A stretch of 64,000 bases of DNA from NCBI RefSeq assembly GCF_963921235.1, contig NC_086105.1:95480001-95544000 (forward strand). Direction: 5' to 3'. Every line of letters starts with the position of its first letter. Within the stretch, counting starts at the first letter, position 1. The DNA comes from Mobula hypostoma (lineage: Eukaryota). Of this stretch, positions 37,954 to 51,283 are shown in pieces. The notes beneath the pieces are model-generated. The model saw only the letters and a list, made by a program, of their open reading frames with translations, ran no database searches and was not told the DNA's origin. Both the position numbers and the translations under genes were made by a program.

Positions 37954-38834
37954 CTAAATTTTAGAAATAAAATAATTATTACTAAATATCTGTTACAGAA
38001 GGGAACAGTCAACCTTAGCTTTACAGATTTACTACAAACTGTAATTTAGAAACAGCATTCATGACTTAATTGTCCCTTCTGTTTACTAAGAGACAACTCT
38101 CTGGATTATAATCCTTAAATCTATGCATACTTAGTGAAATTCATAAACATTGCATACCTGTCTTTGATCATAATGATCTAGGAGAGTAATGTAATGGCAG
38201 AAATAAAACTACAAAAGTACAAAAGAATGCAGAGAACTGAGCAGCACACAAATGCTGGAGGAACTCAGCAGGACAGAACTAATTTTGAGAAGAGGTGACT
38301 GGGGAAGAGGACCTGCAGGGGTAAATTCTTGATAAAAACACTAATTGACGTTACTTTCTTTCCTTGCTGATGGCTATTTAAACAAGAAGTCAAGAAGTCA
38401 GCAGGTCCAGAGACTGTAGTCCTCTCACTCATTGGCATTCCAAACAAAGTAAGTCAAACTGAAGGTTGCTAGTCCAGAGTTAAATTGTACCAAAGGGGTA
38501 CATCTGAGTTTTGAAACAAGAGCAGCAAACACTCCACTTTCCTTCTGGTTTACTGATTTGTTTTTAATAGCAAGCTTCTGCCCTCAAATCACCAGGGCTT
38601 GGAATGCAATAATTATGGATTCTTCTTTCAGAGTCAGTTTTGCTTTATTAAAATGTAGTAAAGCTTGCTTTTAAATTTAAGTAACTATCTCCTTCCTGCA
38701 AAGTGCTTGTACTTACTGTATCCAATATTACCTGTTACTCTGAGTCTCACTTTAATATATCATCTTTGGATTGTGACTGTATCAACAGGAATCAACAAAA
38801 TTCAAGCTAAGATTCTTTTCATCAATTATAATTT

Positions 38835-39170
38835 TTCCCCATTCAAGGCCCCAAAAATCCTTCTAGGTAAGGCAACACTTCCCCTGCGAATCTGTTTTGA
38901 AAATCTACTGTATCCAGTGCTCCCAAAGGGCCTCCTCTACATGGTGAGACCAAATCTATATTGGAGGACCGTTTAGCTTTGCAACTTCGTTCCATTCACA
39001 GAAAAAGCAGGATTTCCTGGTGGCCAACAATTTCAATTGCAATCACCGTTCCCATTCCAACATGTCGGTCCATGACCTCCTCTACTGCCACATTGAGACC
39101 ACTCTCGGGCTGGAGGAGCAACACTTCGTATTCTGTCTGGGTAGTCTCCAACCTGATAGCATTTCTCTAG
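38835..39170 (+). mobile_element. Penelope-like GIY-YIG fragment
   Basis: YCIQCSQRASST-like segment, ANNFNCNHRSH and LEEQHFVFCLGSLQP. Confidence 0.65.
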
Positions 39171-39399
39171 CTTCCATTAATTTTCCCTCCCACTCCAATT
39201 CTCTCTTCTTCAATTCCCCACTCTGGCCTTTCTCAACTCACTTGTCTATCATCCCCCACCCCCCCCCCACCCGGTGCCACTCCTCCTTCCCATTCAGAAC
39301 CAGGTTTAATTTCTCTGGCATATGCCGTGAAATTTGTTTTGCAGCAGAAGTACACTGCAATACATCAAAAACTATAAATTGCAGTAAGTAATATGAATG

Positions 39400-40960
39400 T
39401 GTGTTTTCAGCTTCCCATACTTCCTCCCTGATGGTAGCAATGAGAAGGGGGCATGCCCTGGGTGATGGGGTCCTTAACGATGGGTGCTGCCTTTTGAAGG
39501 TGACCTTGGTGTTGGCGAGGCTAGTGCCCACGATGGAGTCGGCTAAGTTTGCTACTTTATGCAGCTGTTCCCAATCCTGTGCAGTGAGCCCTCCATACCA
39601 GACGGTGATGCAACCAGTTAGAATGCTCTCCACAGTACATCTGTAAAAATTTGCATGAGTCTTTGGTGACACACCAAGTCTCCTCAAGCTGTTAATGAAA
39701 TGTAGCTGCTGTCATGCCTTGTTTGTAATTGCCCAGAACTGTTGTTGTTGAGTGCCCTCGAGTCGTCATCAACTCATGGCCACCCTATGGATGGTGTAGT
39801 TATCCAATGGGGTTTTCGTGACAAGATAAGGAAGAAGATTGCCAGGTCTTTCTTCTGCGCAGATACCGCTACTGCCCAGGTTGGGACCCGGCCGGATTCA
39901 AACTCAGGAACATCCGCCTGCAAGTCCAGTGCTGATGCCACTACACCACTGGCCAGCCCAGGATAGATCCTCAGAAATACTGACACCCAGGAACTTGAAG
40001 CTGCTCACCCTATCTACAGCTGATCACTCGACAAGGACTGCTGTGTGTTCCCTCGACTTCCCTCCCGATGTCCCTGGTCAATTCGTTGGTCTCACTCTTA
40101 AAATAGCTTTCCGTAGGTTGTATCTGGACTTCCTGTGTAGTTCTAGATCACAGGTCTTGATTGCCGCAGATCTAGTCCTCAGCAGACAATAAGTCTCATG
40201 GTTCCTCCTCAGTTTTTGGATTGGGTATGTCTGATATGTTTTCAAAGGCACACACTCACCCACACTGATCCTCATGAAGTCGGTGATAACTGTGACATAT
40301 TCATTCATTTCTCAAGATGAATCCTTGAATATACTCTAATGACTCAGAGCAGTTCAGTAAATGCTTGACTGCCTCCCTTGACCATCCCCTCCTGGTCCTC
40401 ACAACTGGTGATGTGCTCTTTAGTCTCTGTCTTTACGTTGGGAGTATTAATACAGCCAGGTGATTGGACTTTCCAAAGTGCGGGCGTGGGATAGCAAGAG
40501 AAGTGTTCTTGACGGTGGTATATAATGGTGGTCAAGTGTGTTGGTTCCTCTCTATCTACAGGTGATATGTTGGTGGTACTTGCTCAAAGATTTCAAGCTG
40601 GCCTAGTTGAAATCCCTGCAATTATAGGAAAGGTATCAGGGTGCACTGTTCTGTGACAGCTGATCACAATGCTCAGCTCCTCCAGTGCCTGCCTGACGAT
40701 GGCCTGGGGTGGAATGTACACTGCTACCTAGAAGATAGTAGAAAACTCCCTTGGCAGATAAAATGGACAACACTTGACCCCTAGATGTTTCAGGTTGGGT
40801 GAGCAGGTCTGTACACCACAATGAGTTCATCATAAAGCATACTCCCCCTCCTCTAAAGGACTCAACTGATGTGTATTTGCAGAGAATGGTGAAGCCATCA
40901 GGCTGCAACACAGCATCCAAAGTGGCGGCAGTGAGACATGCTTTCGTGAAGCAAAGTACA
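39400..40960 (-). mobile_element. Rex1/Babar-type LINE fragments (interrupted by a SINE)
   Basis: RRLGVSPKTHANFYRCTVESILTGCITVWYG; RGGGVCFMMNSLWC endonuclease motif. Confidence 0.75.
39741..39954 (-). mobile_element. tRNA-derived SINE with RTE/BovB-like 3' end and (CAA)n tail
   Basis: Minus strand: GGCCAGTGGTGTAGTGG (A box), GAGTTTGAATCC (B box), 3' ..catagggtggccatgagttgatgacgactcgagggcactcaacaacaac. Confidence 0.75.
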
Positions 40961-41501
40961 CAGCAGTCCCCGACATCCCTCTGCTATCAGAATTCTTCTT
41001 CTCCAGCCCTTTACCTATTGTACCTATCACCTCCCAGCTTCATATCCCTCTCCCCCACCCACCTGATATCACCTATCTCCTTCTAGCTTGTAGTCCTTCG
41101 CCCTCACTCCACCTTCCTACTCTTAGCTTCTTCCACCTTCCTTTACAGTCCTGATGAAGTGTCTTGTCAACAGAACGTCAATTGTTTATTCATTTTCATA
41201 GATGCTGCCTAATCTGCAGAGTTCCTCCAGCATTTTCTACCTGTTTTCTCCTATTGGTTTGAAATGCAATCAGAACATAGGAGGTGACGGCTACTCATTC
41301 ACAAAAGGCTCCTAGTAAATAGTTTTGAATTATATGCAGTATTCCATTCGATCCCCAGTATCATTGAATCTATTTTATTACACATCCTTTCTCATTATTC
41401 TGCTACCAATGCCCTTGCTGGAAGCAGAAATGGCACAAAGGAGTGTTTTGTGAAATGATGCCACGGTCCGTAGTTCCAAAGTTAAAACAGCTGTTCCTTA
41501 C

Positions 41502-41589
41502 AGACTGGGAATAGGCCTTCTGGCAGACAGTGCCAGGGTAGCTCTCACTTAAATGGATCCTCTTGAGCAGGTGCCCAGTTTTCAAGTTC
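41502..41589 (-). CDS. PALB2: PALB2 exon (human exon 11 equivalent)
   Basis: 88 nt; (W)NLKTGHLLKRIHLSESYPGTVCQKAYSQS. Confidence 0.93.
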
Positions 41590-42381
41590 CTAAGAGGTAA
41601 ACCAATAAAAACATCAATTTCGACAGTGTTTCAGCCTTTGCAGTACCTGAATAACACCCATTCAATAATGTCAAATAATTTATTCCCAACAGAGAATATG
41701 GAGAATGAAGAAGAAAATGCCTTTAAAATGCCTTCAGTGCTTAATAACTACTTTTATTTAGCTATTTATCAGAACTCCCAGAACAGCCTCTGCAGGCTTG
41801 TCATACTTACATTTTTTAAGCGTATATTGTTGCTATTTGGCAAATGAGACAAACTGATTTTTTAATGTATTAAAATCTAAGTAATGTTTCTTAGAAGTGT
41901 TGGCCAAGGAAACAAATTCCCCATCATCAATTTGAACAATTGGGCATGTTCAAAGGCACATTTCCAGGACGGTGGGGCACAGCCCAAAAAAATGCTCACA
42001 TCTTTGTTTGAGAACAAAAGGGTACTCACAACCACGTTAATATGAAGGCAACAATGAGAACAGTGGGGGCAACAGCTGGGGAAGAAATAGAGCCTGCAAA
42101 GCAGGTCGCTGTTGAAATTATAGAGAAATGCTTGAAACACAAGTATTAGTCCATGACTTCTAATTACAACTCACCCACTCCTCTTCCATAGGACTTATAA
42201 ATCTAGCCAAGAGGGAGACGAGGCTTTGATTTGAAAAAAAGACCCTCCTAACAATACAGGACTCTCTCAGCATTGCACTGGGATATAAACTGAGGTTGGA
42301 GTTTATCTGACTCATAGGCCAGCATGCTATGGCTTATGGTGATATTATTGATAAAGGAACAAACTGGGATCAAGTTCTCAC

Positions 42382-42498
42382 CAAATGATGATGTTGCTCA
42401 TTATAGTTGATCCAATCAAAGCTTCTGATTGTCCTTCAACTTCGCTAAAAGCCAGAACCATCTCATTGGGTGGGACAAGTTGCATACATCGCTCACTC
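42382..42498 (-). CDS. PALB2: PALB2 exon (human exon 10 equivalent; BRCA2 pocket region)
   Basis: 117 nt; [38 protein letters not shown](W). Confidence 0.93.
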
Positions 42499-42996
42499 CT
42501 AATCAGAAAATTCAGTCAGTAAACTTGCCCTAACGTGAAAAGTAATACAAAGTATTTCCTCTAGCCTCTTACTCAAACTTTCAGCCAGCTCTGCACAGGC
42601 ACCATTTTCTCTGTTAGTAGCCCAGAGGGGCCTCTGTGGGCATTTACCAAAGCCAGACATTGGAAATGAAATATCTATTTAAACTATGCCCTAACATAAT
42701 CTGCATCAGAATCACAATCAGCTTTATTACCACTGATGTATGCCGTGAAATGTGTTGCTTTGTGATGACAGTTTAGTGCAGGCGTAACAAATTACTGTAA
42801 GTTATTGTAAGAATAAATAGTGTAAAAGCAAATAGTGAGGTTGTGTTCATGAACTGTCCAGAGATCTGATGACAGAGGGGAAAACGTTCTTAAAGTCTTG
42901 ACTGTGGGTCTTTAGGCTCTTGCACCATGACTTTTTGTAACCTACTTTATGCTTTGGTATCACTATTTTCAAGTCCATCGTTAAAACAGTAATAAC

Positions 42997-45442
42997 AGGC
43001 TTCTCATGATGGGTTATCTTAATTTCCCTAATATTGATTGGCATCTCCCTAGACCAAGGGGTTTAGATGGGGTGGAGTTTTGTAGGTGTGTTCACGAAGG
43101 TTTCCTGACACAGTGTGTAGATAAGCCTGCAAGAGGAGAAGAGGCTGTACTTGATCTGGTATTGGGAAATGAAGCTGGTCAGGTGTCAGGTCTCTCAGTG
43201 GGAGAGCATTTTGGAATAATCACAATTCTATCTCTTATACCATAGCATTGGAGAGGGATAGGAACAGACAAGTTAGGAAAGCGTTTAATTGTAGTAAGGG
43301 GAAATATGAAGCTATCAGGCAGGAACTTGGAAGCATAAACAGGGAAATGTATGGCAAAAATGTGGCAAATGTTCAGGGGATATTTGCACAGCGTCTGCAC
43401 AGGGACGTTCCAATGAGACAGGGAAAGGATGGTAGGGTACAGGAACCGTGGTGTACAAAAGCAGTTGAAAGTCTAGACAAGAACAGAAGAAAAGTTTACG
43501 AAGGGTTCAAAAAACTAGGTAATGATAGAGATTTAGAAATTATAAGGCTAGTAGGAAGGAGCTTAAGAATAAAATTAGGAGAGTCAGAATGGGCCATGAG
43601 AAGGCCTCGGCGGACAGGATTAAGGAAAACCCCAAGGCATTCTACAAGTATGTGAAGAGCAAGAGGATAAGATGTGAGAGAATAGGACCAATCAAGTGTG
43701 ACAGTGGAAAAGTGTGTATGGAACCGGAGGAGAGAGCAGAGGTACTTAATGAATACTTTGCTTCAGTATTCACTACGGAAAAGGACCTTAGCAATTATAG
43801 GGATGACTTACAGCGGATTGAAAAGGTTGAGCATGTAGATATTAAGAAAGAGGATGTGCTGGAGCTTTTGGAAAACGTCAAGTTGATAGGTTACCGAAAC
43901 CGAATGAGATGTACCCCAGGCTACTGTGGGAAGCAAGGGAGGAGATTGCTGAGCCTCTGGCGATGATCTTTACATCATCAATGGGGACAGGAGAGGTTCC
44001 AGAGGATTGGAGGGTTGCAGATGTTGTTCCCTTATTCAAGAAAGGGAGTAGCAATAGCTCAGGAAATTATAGACCAGGAAGTCTTACTCCAGTGGCTGGT
44101 AAATTGATGGAAAAGATCCTAAGAGGCAAGATTTATGAACATTTGGAGAGGCATAATATGATTAGGAATAGCAGCATGGCTTTATCAAAAGTTGGTCATG
44201 CCTTATGAACCTGACTGAATTTTTTGAGCGTGTGACTAAACACATTGATGACAGAAGAGCAGCAGATGCAGTGTATATGGATTTCAGCAAGGCATTTGAC
44301 AAGGTACCCCATGCAAGGCTTATTGAGAAAGTAAGGAGGCATAGGATCCAAGGGGACATTGCTTTGTGGATCCAGAACTGGCTTGCCCACAGAAGGCAAA
44401 GAGTGGTTGTAGACGGGTCATATTCTGCATGGAGGTCGGTCACCAGTGGTGTGCCTCAGGGATCTGTTCTGGGACCCCTTCTCTTCGTTATTTTTATAAA
44501 TGATCTGGATGAGGAAGTGGAGGGATGGGTTAGTAAATTTGCTGATGACACAAAGGTTAGGAGATAGTGTGGAGGGCTGTCAGAGTTGACAGTGGGACAT
44601 CAACAGGATGCAAAACTGGGCTGAGAAGTGACAGATGGAGTTCAACTCAGATAAGTGTGAGGTGATTCATTTTGGTAGGTCAAATATGATGGCACAATAT
44701 TAGTATTAATGGTAAGACTCTTGGCAATGTGGAGGATCAGAGGGATCTTAGGGTCTGAGTCCATAGGACACTCAAAGCTACAGTGCAGGTTGACCGTGCG
44801 GTTAAGAAGGCACACGGTGTATTGGCCTTCATCAACCATGGGATTGAGTTCAAGAGCTAAGAGGTAATGTTACAGCTATATAGGACCCTGGTCAGATCCC
44901 ACTTGGAGTACTGTGCTCAGTTCTGGTTACCTCACTACAGGAAGGACATAGAAACCATAGAAAGGGTTCAGAGGGGGTTTACAAGGATGTTGCCTGGATT
45001 GGGGAGCATACCTTATGAGAATAGTTTGAGTGAACTTGGCCTTTTCTCCTTGGAGCAACGGAGAATGAGAAGTGACCTGATAGAGGTGTATAAGCTAATG
45101 AGAGGCATTGATCGTGTGGATAGTCAGAGGCTTTTTCCCAGGGCTGAAATGGCTAACATGAGAGGACACAGTTTTAAGGTGCTTGGAAATAGGTACAGAG
45201 GAGATGTCAGTGGTAAGTTGTTGTTTTTCTTTGACGCAGAGAGTGATGAGTACGTGGAATGGGCTGCTGGTGATAGTGGATATGATAGGGTCTTTTAAGT
45301 GGCTGCTGGATAGGTACATGGAGCTTACAAAAATAGAGAGCTATGGGTAACCCGAGGTAATTTCTAAAGTAAGTACATGTTCAGCACAGCATTGTGGGCC
45401 AAAGGGCCTGTATTGTGCTGTAGTTTTTCTGTGTTCTATGTT
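42997..45442 (+). mobile_element. CR1 LINE, 5'-truncated (partial endonuclease + RT), frameshifted
   Basis: [45 protein letters not shown] and KFADD; 3' tail tgttctatgtt. Confidence 0.93.
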
Positions 45443-45791
45443 AAAAAGCAATTTATCATAATGAAGTCACATCATTCTAGGACATCTTTAACACAAAGAG
45501 TAGGAGAAAAAGGCACAAAATATTTTCCTTGTTAGATCTAGATGGCTTAGAAGTAAAATCAGGACAGTAAGAATCTTATGTTAGTACAGACATTCAATTT
45601 GCTTGGCCTTCCATATCTGCTAGCAATCAAACCAGAGCTGAAGACAAATTAATTTCACTTCTTTGTAATCTCATCTATTTTTCATGAACTATCTGAAACT
45701 CCAGCATCATTTAATGTTCTGAGCATGCAGAAGCTAGCATAGGCTGCTAGCTGAGAAGAATAAAGAATGAAAAATAAAATTAATTTCTGAC

Positions 45792-45950
45792 CTTCCTTCC
45801 TCGGAGAGGGTGTTCAGTTCTATGCTTTGCCTCTGAAGTGTGCCATAACAGCAGACCAACCTCCTCCTAGGCAGCCCCAGCACTGCGTTTATATCTCCTG
45901 CTTGCAGCAGAGTGTGTTCCAAGCAGCCTTTTACTGTAGAGCGTAACACC
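45792..45950 (-). CDS. PALB2: PALB2 exon (human exon 9 equivalent)
   Basis: 159 nt; VLRSTVKGCLEHTLLQAGDINAVLGLPRRRLVCCYGTLQRQSIELNTLSEEG. Confidence 0.92.
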
Positions 45951-46581
45951 CTTACAAGAAGTGTAAAAATAATCCATCTTTATCATCAAGAAAGGAATCA
46001 CCAGCCCACATCTGAGCCAAATATCCATTATTAGAACTACAGTGATATTGTGTAAAAAATAATAGATCTCTCTCTGCACAAAGTACGGCTCCCTCTGCTC
46101 TAAAACATTCCCAGGACAGGTACAGAATGGGTTGGCTACAAAACAAAACTCCAACTATAGTCCCCAATCAGAACTTTCTGAATTAGAAATGCAATCGCTC
46201 CTATTTCAACGCACTCTCTTCAGAACTCTGATAGACCTCTTCTGAGAAAATAATTTTCCCCAGTGACAGAATTCCATGCAGATTTTAGACTGGCTCACTC
46301 CAAAACCTGTTACTAAGAGGAAATTAACTGAGCACTGGACTCCTCCCCTTATACTTTCCACACTCATTTCATTATGGAGCAGTTAATCTCTTAGCTCAGT
46401 AGCTTCCAAACCCATTATGATTATCTAATGTCACAATGTGTCAGCAGTCAGACAATAATGGCAACATGTCTGGTTATAAGTAAGCTGTGTGTTACTCTGA
46501 AACACTGCTGTGTTATATGTGTGCAATTCAGTCAGAAGAGCGGTACTTTTATTGTTCTGACAGTGTTTTTTGAGGACTTAC

Positions 46582-46667
46582 TTCACTTCCCTTATCTCCA
46601 GGCTTCCAAAGGCCACACACAGAATGTTCACAGCATCTGGGATGGGGATGAGTTCAATTATGGGAAC
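46582..46667 (-). CDS. PALB2: PALB2 exon (human exon 8 equivalent)
   Basis: 86 nt; VPIIELIPIPDAVNILCVAFGSLEIREV(K). Confidence 0.93.
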
Positions 46668-47756
46668 CTGAAGGGAAGGGGAAAGAAGTAAATCAATGTT
46701 GAAATTAGATAAAAACTTTAAAAAGGTCACATCATCCTCAATTACTATACCTAAACATTATAAAACCTGAACACACAAGCAGTTAAACCCGTTGCTAAGT
46801 GGTCTCTGAATATATCTTACTGAATAGGATACTTACCTGCACCAAAACAGCATTGATTTGCAACGCAAAACCAGTTTGAGATAAAGCAGTGATCTACTTA
46901 GTGAGAGATTTTAAGATGCACAATAGGGTTCCTAATTGTAGCCTCTTTGCTGCAAAAAAGTATCTAGCAGAACTCTTACATACTTAGTAGATATTTCGAG
47001 GGACAGGAGGATAGCAAATCTCTGGCCTCCTTTTATCTATCTTCACAGATGACTCAGTATGGCCATGATTCACATTGGGGATACGACGGATGAGTTAGTG
47101 GCTACGCATATGGTTACCTGCTCTGCCTGCCACAGATATCAGTCTGGTGATCAAAAACTGTGTGCTGAATACCAAAGTCTGGTTTGTCCCAAATACTTTA
47201 AATATACTGTAACAGTAAAGTTTATAAAGGCGTTTTAGATACAATAGAAGTCTAATGTGTTGATGTCCACTAAAGTTTGGGAACTAGAGTAGGTCTTTTA
47301 AATATTTCATGTTTAATCCCGGAGTTTCTTGTGTAATCCTGGTTTGTGTTATCCAGGACTTTTTAAAAGTGTAATAATCATGAGGAGCTCAATAGATGGA
47401 AGACTTCTCCCAACCAAGGTGAATGGGAAACTTGGATGTAAGAGCTTTGTTCAGGGAAGAAATGAATCCAGGGTTTAGACTTGTTGGAACAATATTGTTT
47501 ATTAATCACAATGCTCCAATCTTTTGGTGAGAGCCCATTGTTTATGAAAGAATTTCATTAGCTGGCTCAGTGTGCAGGCTTCCACAGATGTCAAAGAAAA
47601 AGAAGATAAATTCAACACAGTATTCATGATTCTGTAAAATTAAATATTTGGGATTAAACATTTTATTTTAAGCTAACCAAACGCAATCATTCAGCATCGA
47701 ATACCTGACATCAGATTACACTAATTTATAACAATGAGGAAAGGATGGGCATCTAC

Positions 47757-47918
47757 CTTATCAAAGGTCCAAGTACCGATGTTAATCCACTGGTTCAGCT
47801 GCTGTGGGGCCCACAGGAACACTGCTGTTTCACAGGCACAGGCAATACACAAAGTTCTGGTCTCTTTCACAGTCCAAAATACCGTGCACAAATCAATAAT
47901 GCAGGACGTGGACGGATT
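47757..47918 (-). CDS. PALB2: PALB2 exon (human exon 7 equivalent; WD40 start)
   Basis: 162 nt; NPSTSCIIDLCTVFW..CIACACETAVFLW..QWINIGTWTFDK. Confidence 0.93.
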
Positions 47919-48599
47919 CTATAAACAAAGATAACACTACTCATCCTCCCGAGACTGATGAACCTTTGCATAGATGTCTCATGCCAGCAGCGAAACTGGT
48001 TTACCTGGATAGTGTCCTTTCCCTCAACATGCAAACCATGAAAAAAGTACCTACTGCAAAATTAAGGGTAGCCATGGAAAGAACACTCGTGATAAAAAAG
48101 GCACTGTGTTTGCACCAGAGCAAATACATATTTGCATTTGTTCTGCTCACCTACCCTCAACGTTCTTTAGTCCAAAGAAAGCAGATGCAGCCCCTTAAAT
48201 CTACCCTTGTAACTATAGTCCCTTATCCCAGAAACAATTCGCATTCATTTATCCTGGACCTCTCTAATGTCTTCATATCCTTCCTACGCGACAACTGTAA
48301 TGCTCCATTTGAGGTTGAGCAGTTTTTCAAAGCTTTAGCATAACTTAACTGGTCATTGTAAGGACTGGAACTCTAAATAAATAAACTTTTCTGTTTTTGC
48401 ACCCCATTTCCCCATTGACAAAGCTAAAATTGTGTATGGAGTCAAAAGAGACTACAGACCGATGGTATCTCCCTTTATCTTTCAGTCCAGGTGAAGGGTC
48501 TCGGCCTGAAACCACAACTGCCTATTTCACAGATGATCCCCGATTTGCTGCGTTCTTCCATCGTTTTGCGTGTTGCCCAAGATTTATTACCTACATTCT

Positions 48600-49850
48600 C
48601 ACTTTTACTTGATTTTCGGAGACAACACCACTGTAGTGGCTTGTATCACTTGGAGTACAGGAAGGACATAGACAGCCTAGTGACATGGTGTCAATACAAC
48701 AATCAGAAAGGAGGAGCTTAGGAGGACGATGGTGCCTAACAGCAACTCCTCTGCTTGCATCTTCGGAAGCAGCTCTATTTCCATCTTTAATATCTCTATT
48801 TTTCCCTATCAGGGTTCTTTTGAAGATCCTGACCTGGTGTTACACGCTGACTACGGTTCTTTGCGGGAATGGGACCCGCTCTCAGGGGTTTCATGATGGC
48901 CATTGTTCAGCACACTAATGGCATGGCCTAAGAGCTCAGCTCACCTTCGGAGGACAGAGATTTCGTGGCTCTGGAGATGGGGGAATCAGAGGTCGGTGTG
49001 TCATGGGAGATGGAGGATCTAAGGCCGTGTGCCCGGAGACCCGAGATCTTTGGGCACAGAGGTCGGGAAAAGCGACGCAATGGACTTTTAACATTGTAAA
49101 CCAGCGAGTTATTTGTTATGTCTCCCCTCTCACTGTGAAACGGACACATCTCTTTCTCCCTGAGAAATGGAGACATCNNNNNNNNNNNNNNNNNNNNNNN
49201 NNNNNNNNNNNNNNNNNNNNNNNNNNNNNNNNNNNNNNNNNNNNNNNNNNNNNNNNNNNNNNNNNNNNNNNNNNNNNNNNNNNNNNNNNNNNNNNNNNNN
49301 NNNNNNNNNNNNNNNNNNNNNNNNNNNNNNNNNNNNNNNNNNNNNNNNNNNNAATACCAGGTGAACAAGTAGTCTTTGGGGTACTGCAAGTCTGTGTCTT
49401 TGCTGTTGCCTTGCTCACGCTTGAATGCTCGGTGGCGGATGCCGATGCTTTTTTTTGCCGTGGGGAGGGGGGATTGTTGCCTGCTGGCGCTTACCTGCGG
49501 GAGGGAGGGGAGCCAGGGGGACTCTGGGGTTCTAACATTTAACTGTCATTCATTCTTTGGGGGCACTCCTCTGCTTTTGTGGATGGTTGTGAAGAAAAAG
49601 CATTTCAGGATGTATACTGTATACAGTTCTCTGACATTAAATGTACCTTTGAAGCACTTTCCCTCTGTGCCGAAGAAATAAGAGCCAGTTATTGATTTCA
49701 GGAGGGCCGATGGTCAGTGCACATGCTCTTGTTTACATCAATGGTGCTGAGGTTGAGGAGGTTGGGAGCTTTGAGTTCCTGGGTGTGAACATCACCAATA
49801 CAGCCTGTCCCACTCCAATCACCCAGACACCATAGCTAAGAATGTTTCCA
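48600..49850 (+). mobile_element. Rex/Babar fragment interrupted by a GC-rich non-autonomous repeat (about 48705-49652) that contains the assembly gap
   Basis: EYRKDIDSLVTWCQYNN resumes as ..VIDFRR..VYINGAEVE after about 49660. Confidence 0.5.
49178..49352. other. Assembly gap (175 N)
   Basis: N run. Confidence 1.
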
Positions 49851-50098
49851 TGTTTCAAAGTTAAAGTGTTTGTCCTGTAGTTGCTAAGCTTATCCTTTTG
49901 TTTTGGGCAAGATAATCAAATTACTTAACATAAGACCCTGGCATTTTGTAGGATCTTACTGACTAAATCCAGCAAACCCAGCCTTGCAGGTCTCAACCAT
50001 TTAAATCTATCACAATTAGGGTATTTAAGCAAAGAGCCTTGCTCAGCAAAATCTGGATCATCTGATTTGTCTTTCAGTGCTCATCAGTATTCACTAAC

Positions 50099-50188
50099 CT
50101 GTATCTTGGAGATTAATTGTAACACCCGCTTTTCCAATTTTTGCTCTAATTTCATGGTGGCAAGAGCTGGAGACAAGCCATCATCCTT
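50099..50188 (-). CDS. PALB2: PALB2 exon (human exon 6 equivalent)
   Basis: 90 nt, phase 0-0; KDDGLSPALATMKLEQKLEKRVLQLISKIQ (compare human LQLVSELK). Confidence 0.85.
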
Positions 50189-50744
50189 CTACAAATAAAA
50201 ATTCACAACGTTAGTGAAAAGATTTAGAAACCATGAAATCTTATGCTTATCAAAAGATTGCAGAGCTCCTCTTTACAGATACAGCTAATAAAACTAAAAT
50301 GAAAGTAAAAATAACACTGCACATGTTGGAAACCTGTGACTAAAACAATACAAAAAGGACATCCCTAGCAGGACAGGAAGCATACAGAGAAATTATTTGA
50401 TCTGTTTGAACAGATACAAGGCAAGCTCTGTGTAGGAGGGAAGGGTAAAACTGATTGTGGAGTAGGTTTATATAGGTCAGCACAACATAGCGAGCTGAAG
50501 TTCCTGTAATGTGCTCTACTGTTCGATGTTCTGACCTGGTGTATTTATTTCCCTCAGAGAAGGAAATCTTACATCCTCACCTGGTCTGGCTAAATGCAAC
50601 TCCAGACCCACAGACGCTTAAATGTCCTCTGAAATGACACATCAAATGTTTAGTTGAAAGACAATTAGAAATGGCCTATAAATGCTGTCAGAGCCCAGTC
50701 ACAGATTGCACCACCATACTAAAACATTACAGCAAAATAGTTAC

Positions 50745-51283
50745 CTCTTCAACGACCACTTTTGAAACTTCCTCGGTATAATCACCACTTGGCATCTCTT
50801 GTTGGCTGACGATCGTTCCACATTTGTAGTTGAGGTCCTCCTCCTCATCCTTATTATTTAAAAGATCCCTTCCAGAGAAAGCACATGGACTGCCTTCCTT
50901 TATTGTCGGAGAGGGCTGAGTCAAATGTGGCTGTGATGCTTTTCCAACAGTTGACCGGGATCTCTGTTCACAATTCCCCACATCTTCCAGCCCGTGTAAC
51001 AATGTGGCAGTTTGAGGTGAACTCGAGTTTCCGTAACTCCTTTGGGAAAATACTGGAGAACACCCAGAGGCACCGGAGACAGGAGTGAAGCCAAGTGAAG
51101 GGAATGCAGGGCTACCTGCATATTGGTCATGTTGATGGTCACTCGTAGCCTGTGGAGTTGAAAGCAGAATGCTGGAAGATGGCGTACGGCCAGATGTGTT
51201 TTTTGGAATTTTCTGAACGTGAGAGTTAATGTTGTTCTCTGGCCTTTCGGGGGTCCTGGAAAGTTCCGTGCAACACAGAGACG
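50745..51283 (-). CDS. PALB2: PALB2 exon 5b
   Basis: 539 nt, phase 1-0; PSSSILLSTP..SPAFPSLGFTP (compare human LSSSILLYTP..SPAFPILGTTP). Confidence 0.88.

Noticed and set aside
39880-39954. tRNA gene
   Set aside because: A and B boxes are present, but the sequence continues into a SINE body with a (CAA)n tail and has no clean cloverleaf or Pol III terminator.
48928-49681. ORFs spanning X runs
   Set aside because: Artefacts of the 175-N gap inside a repeat.
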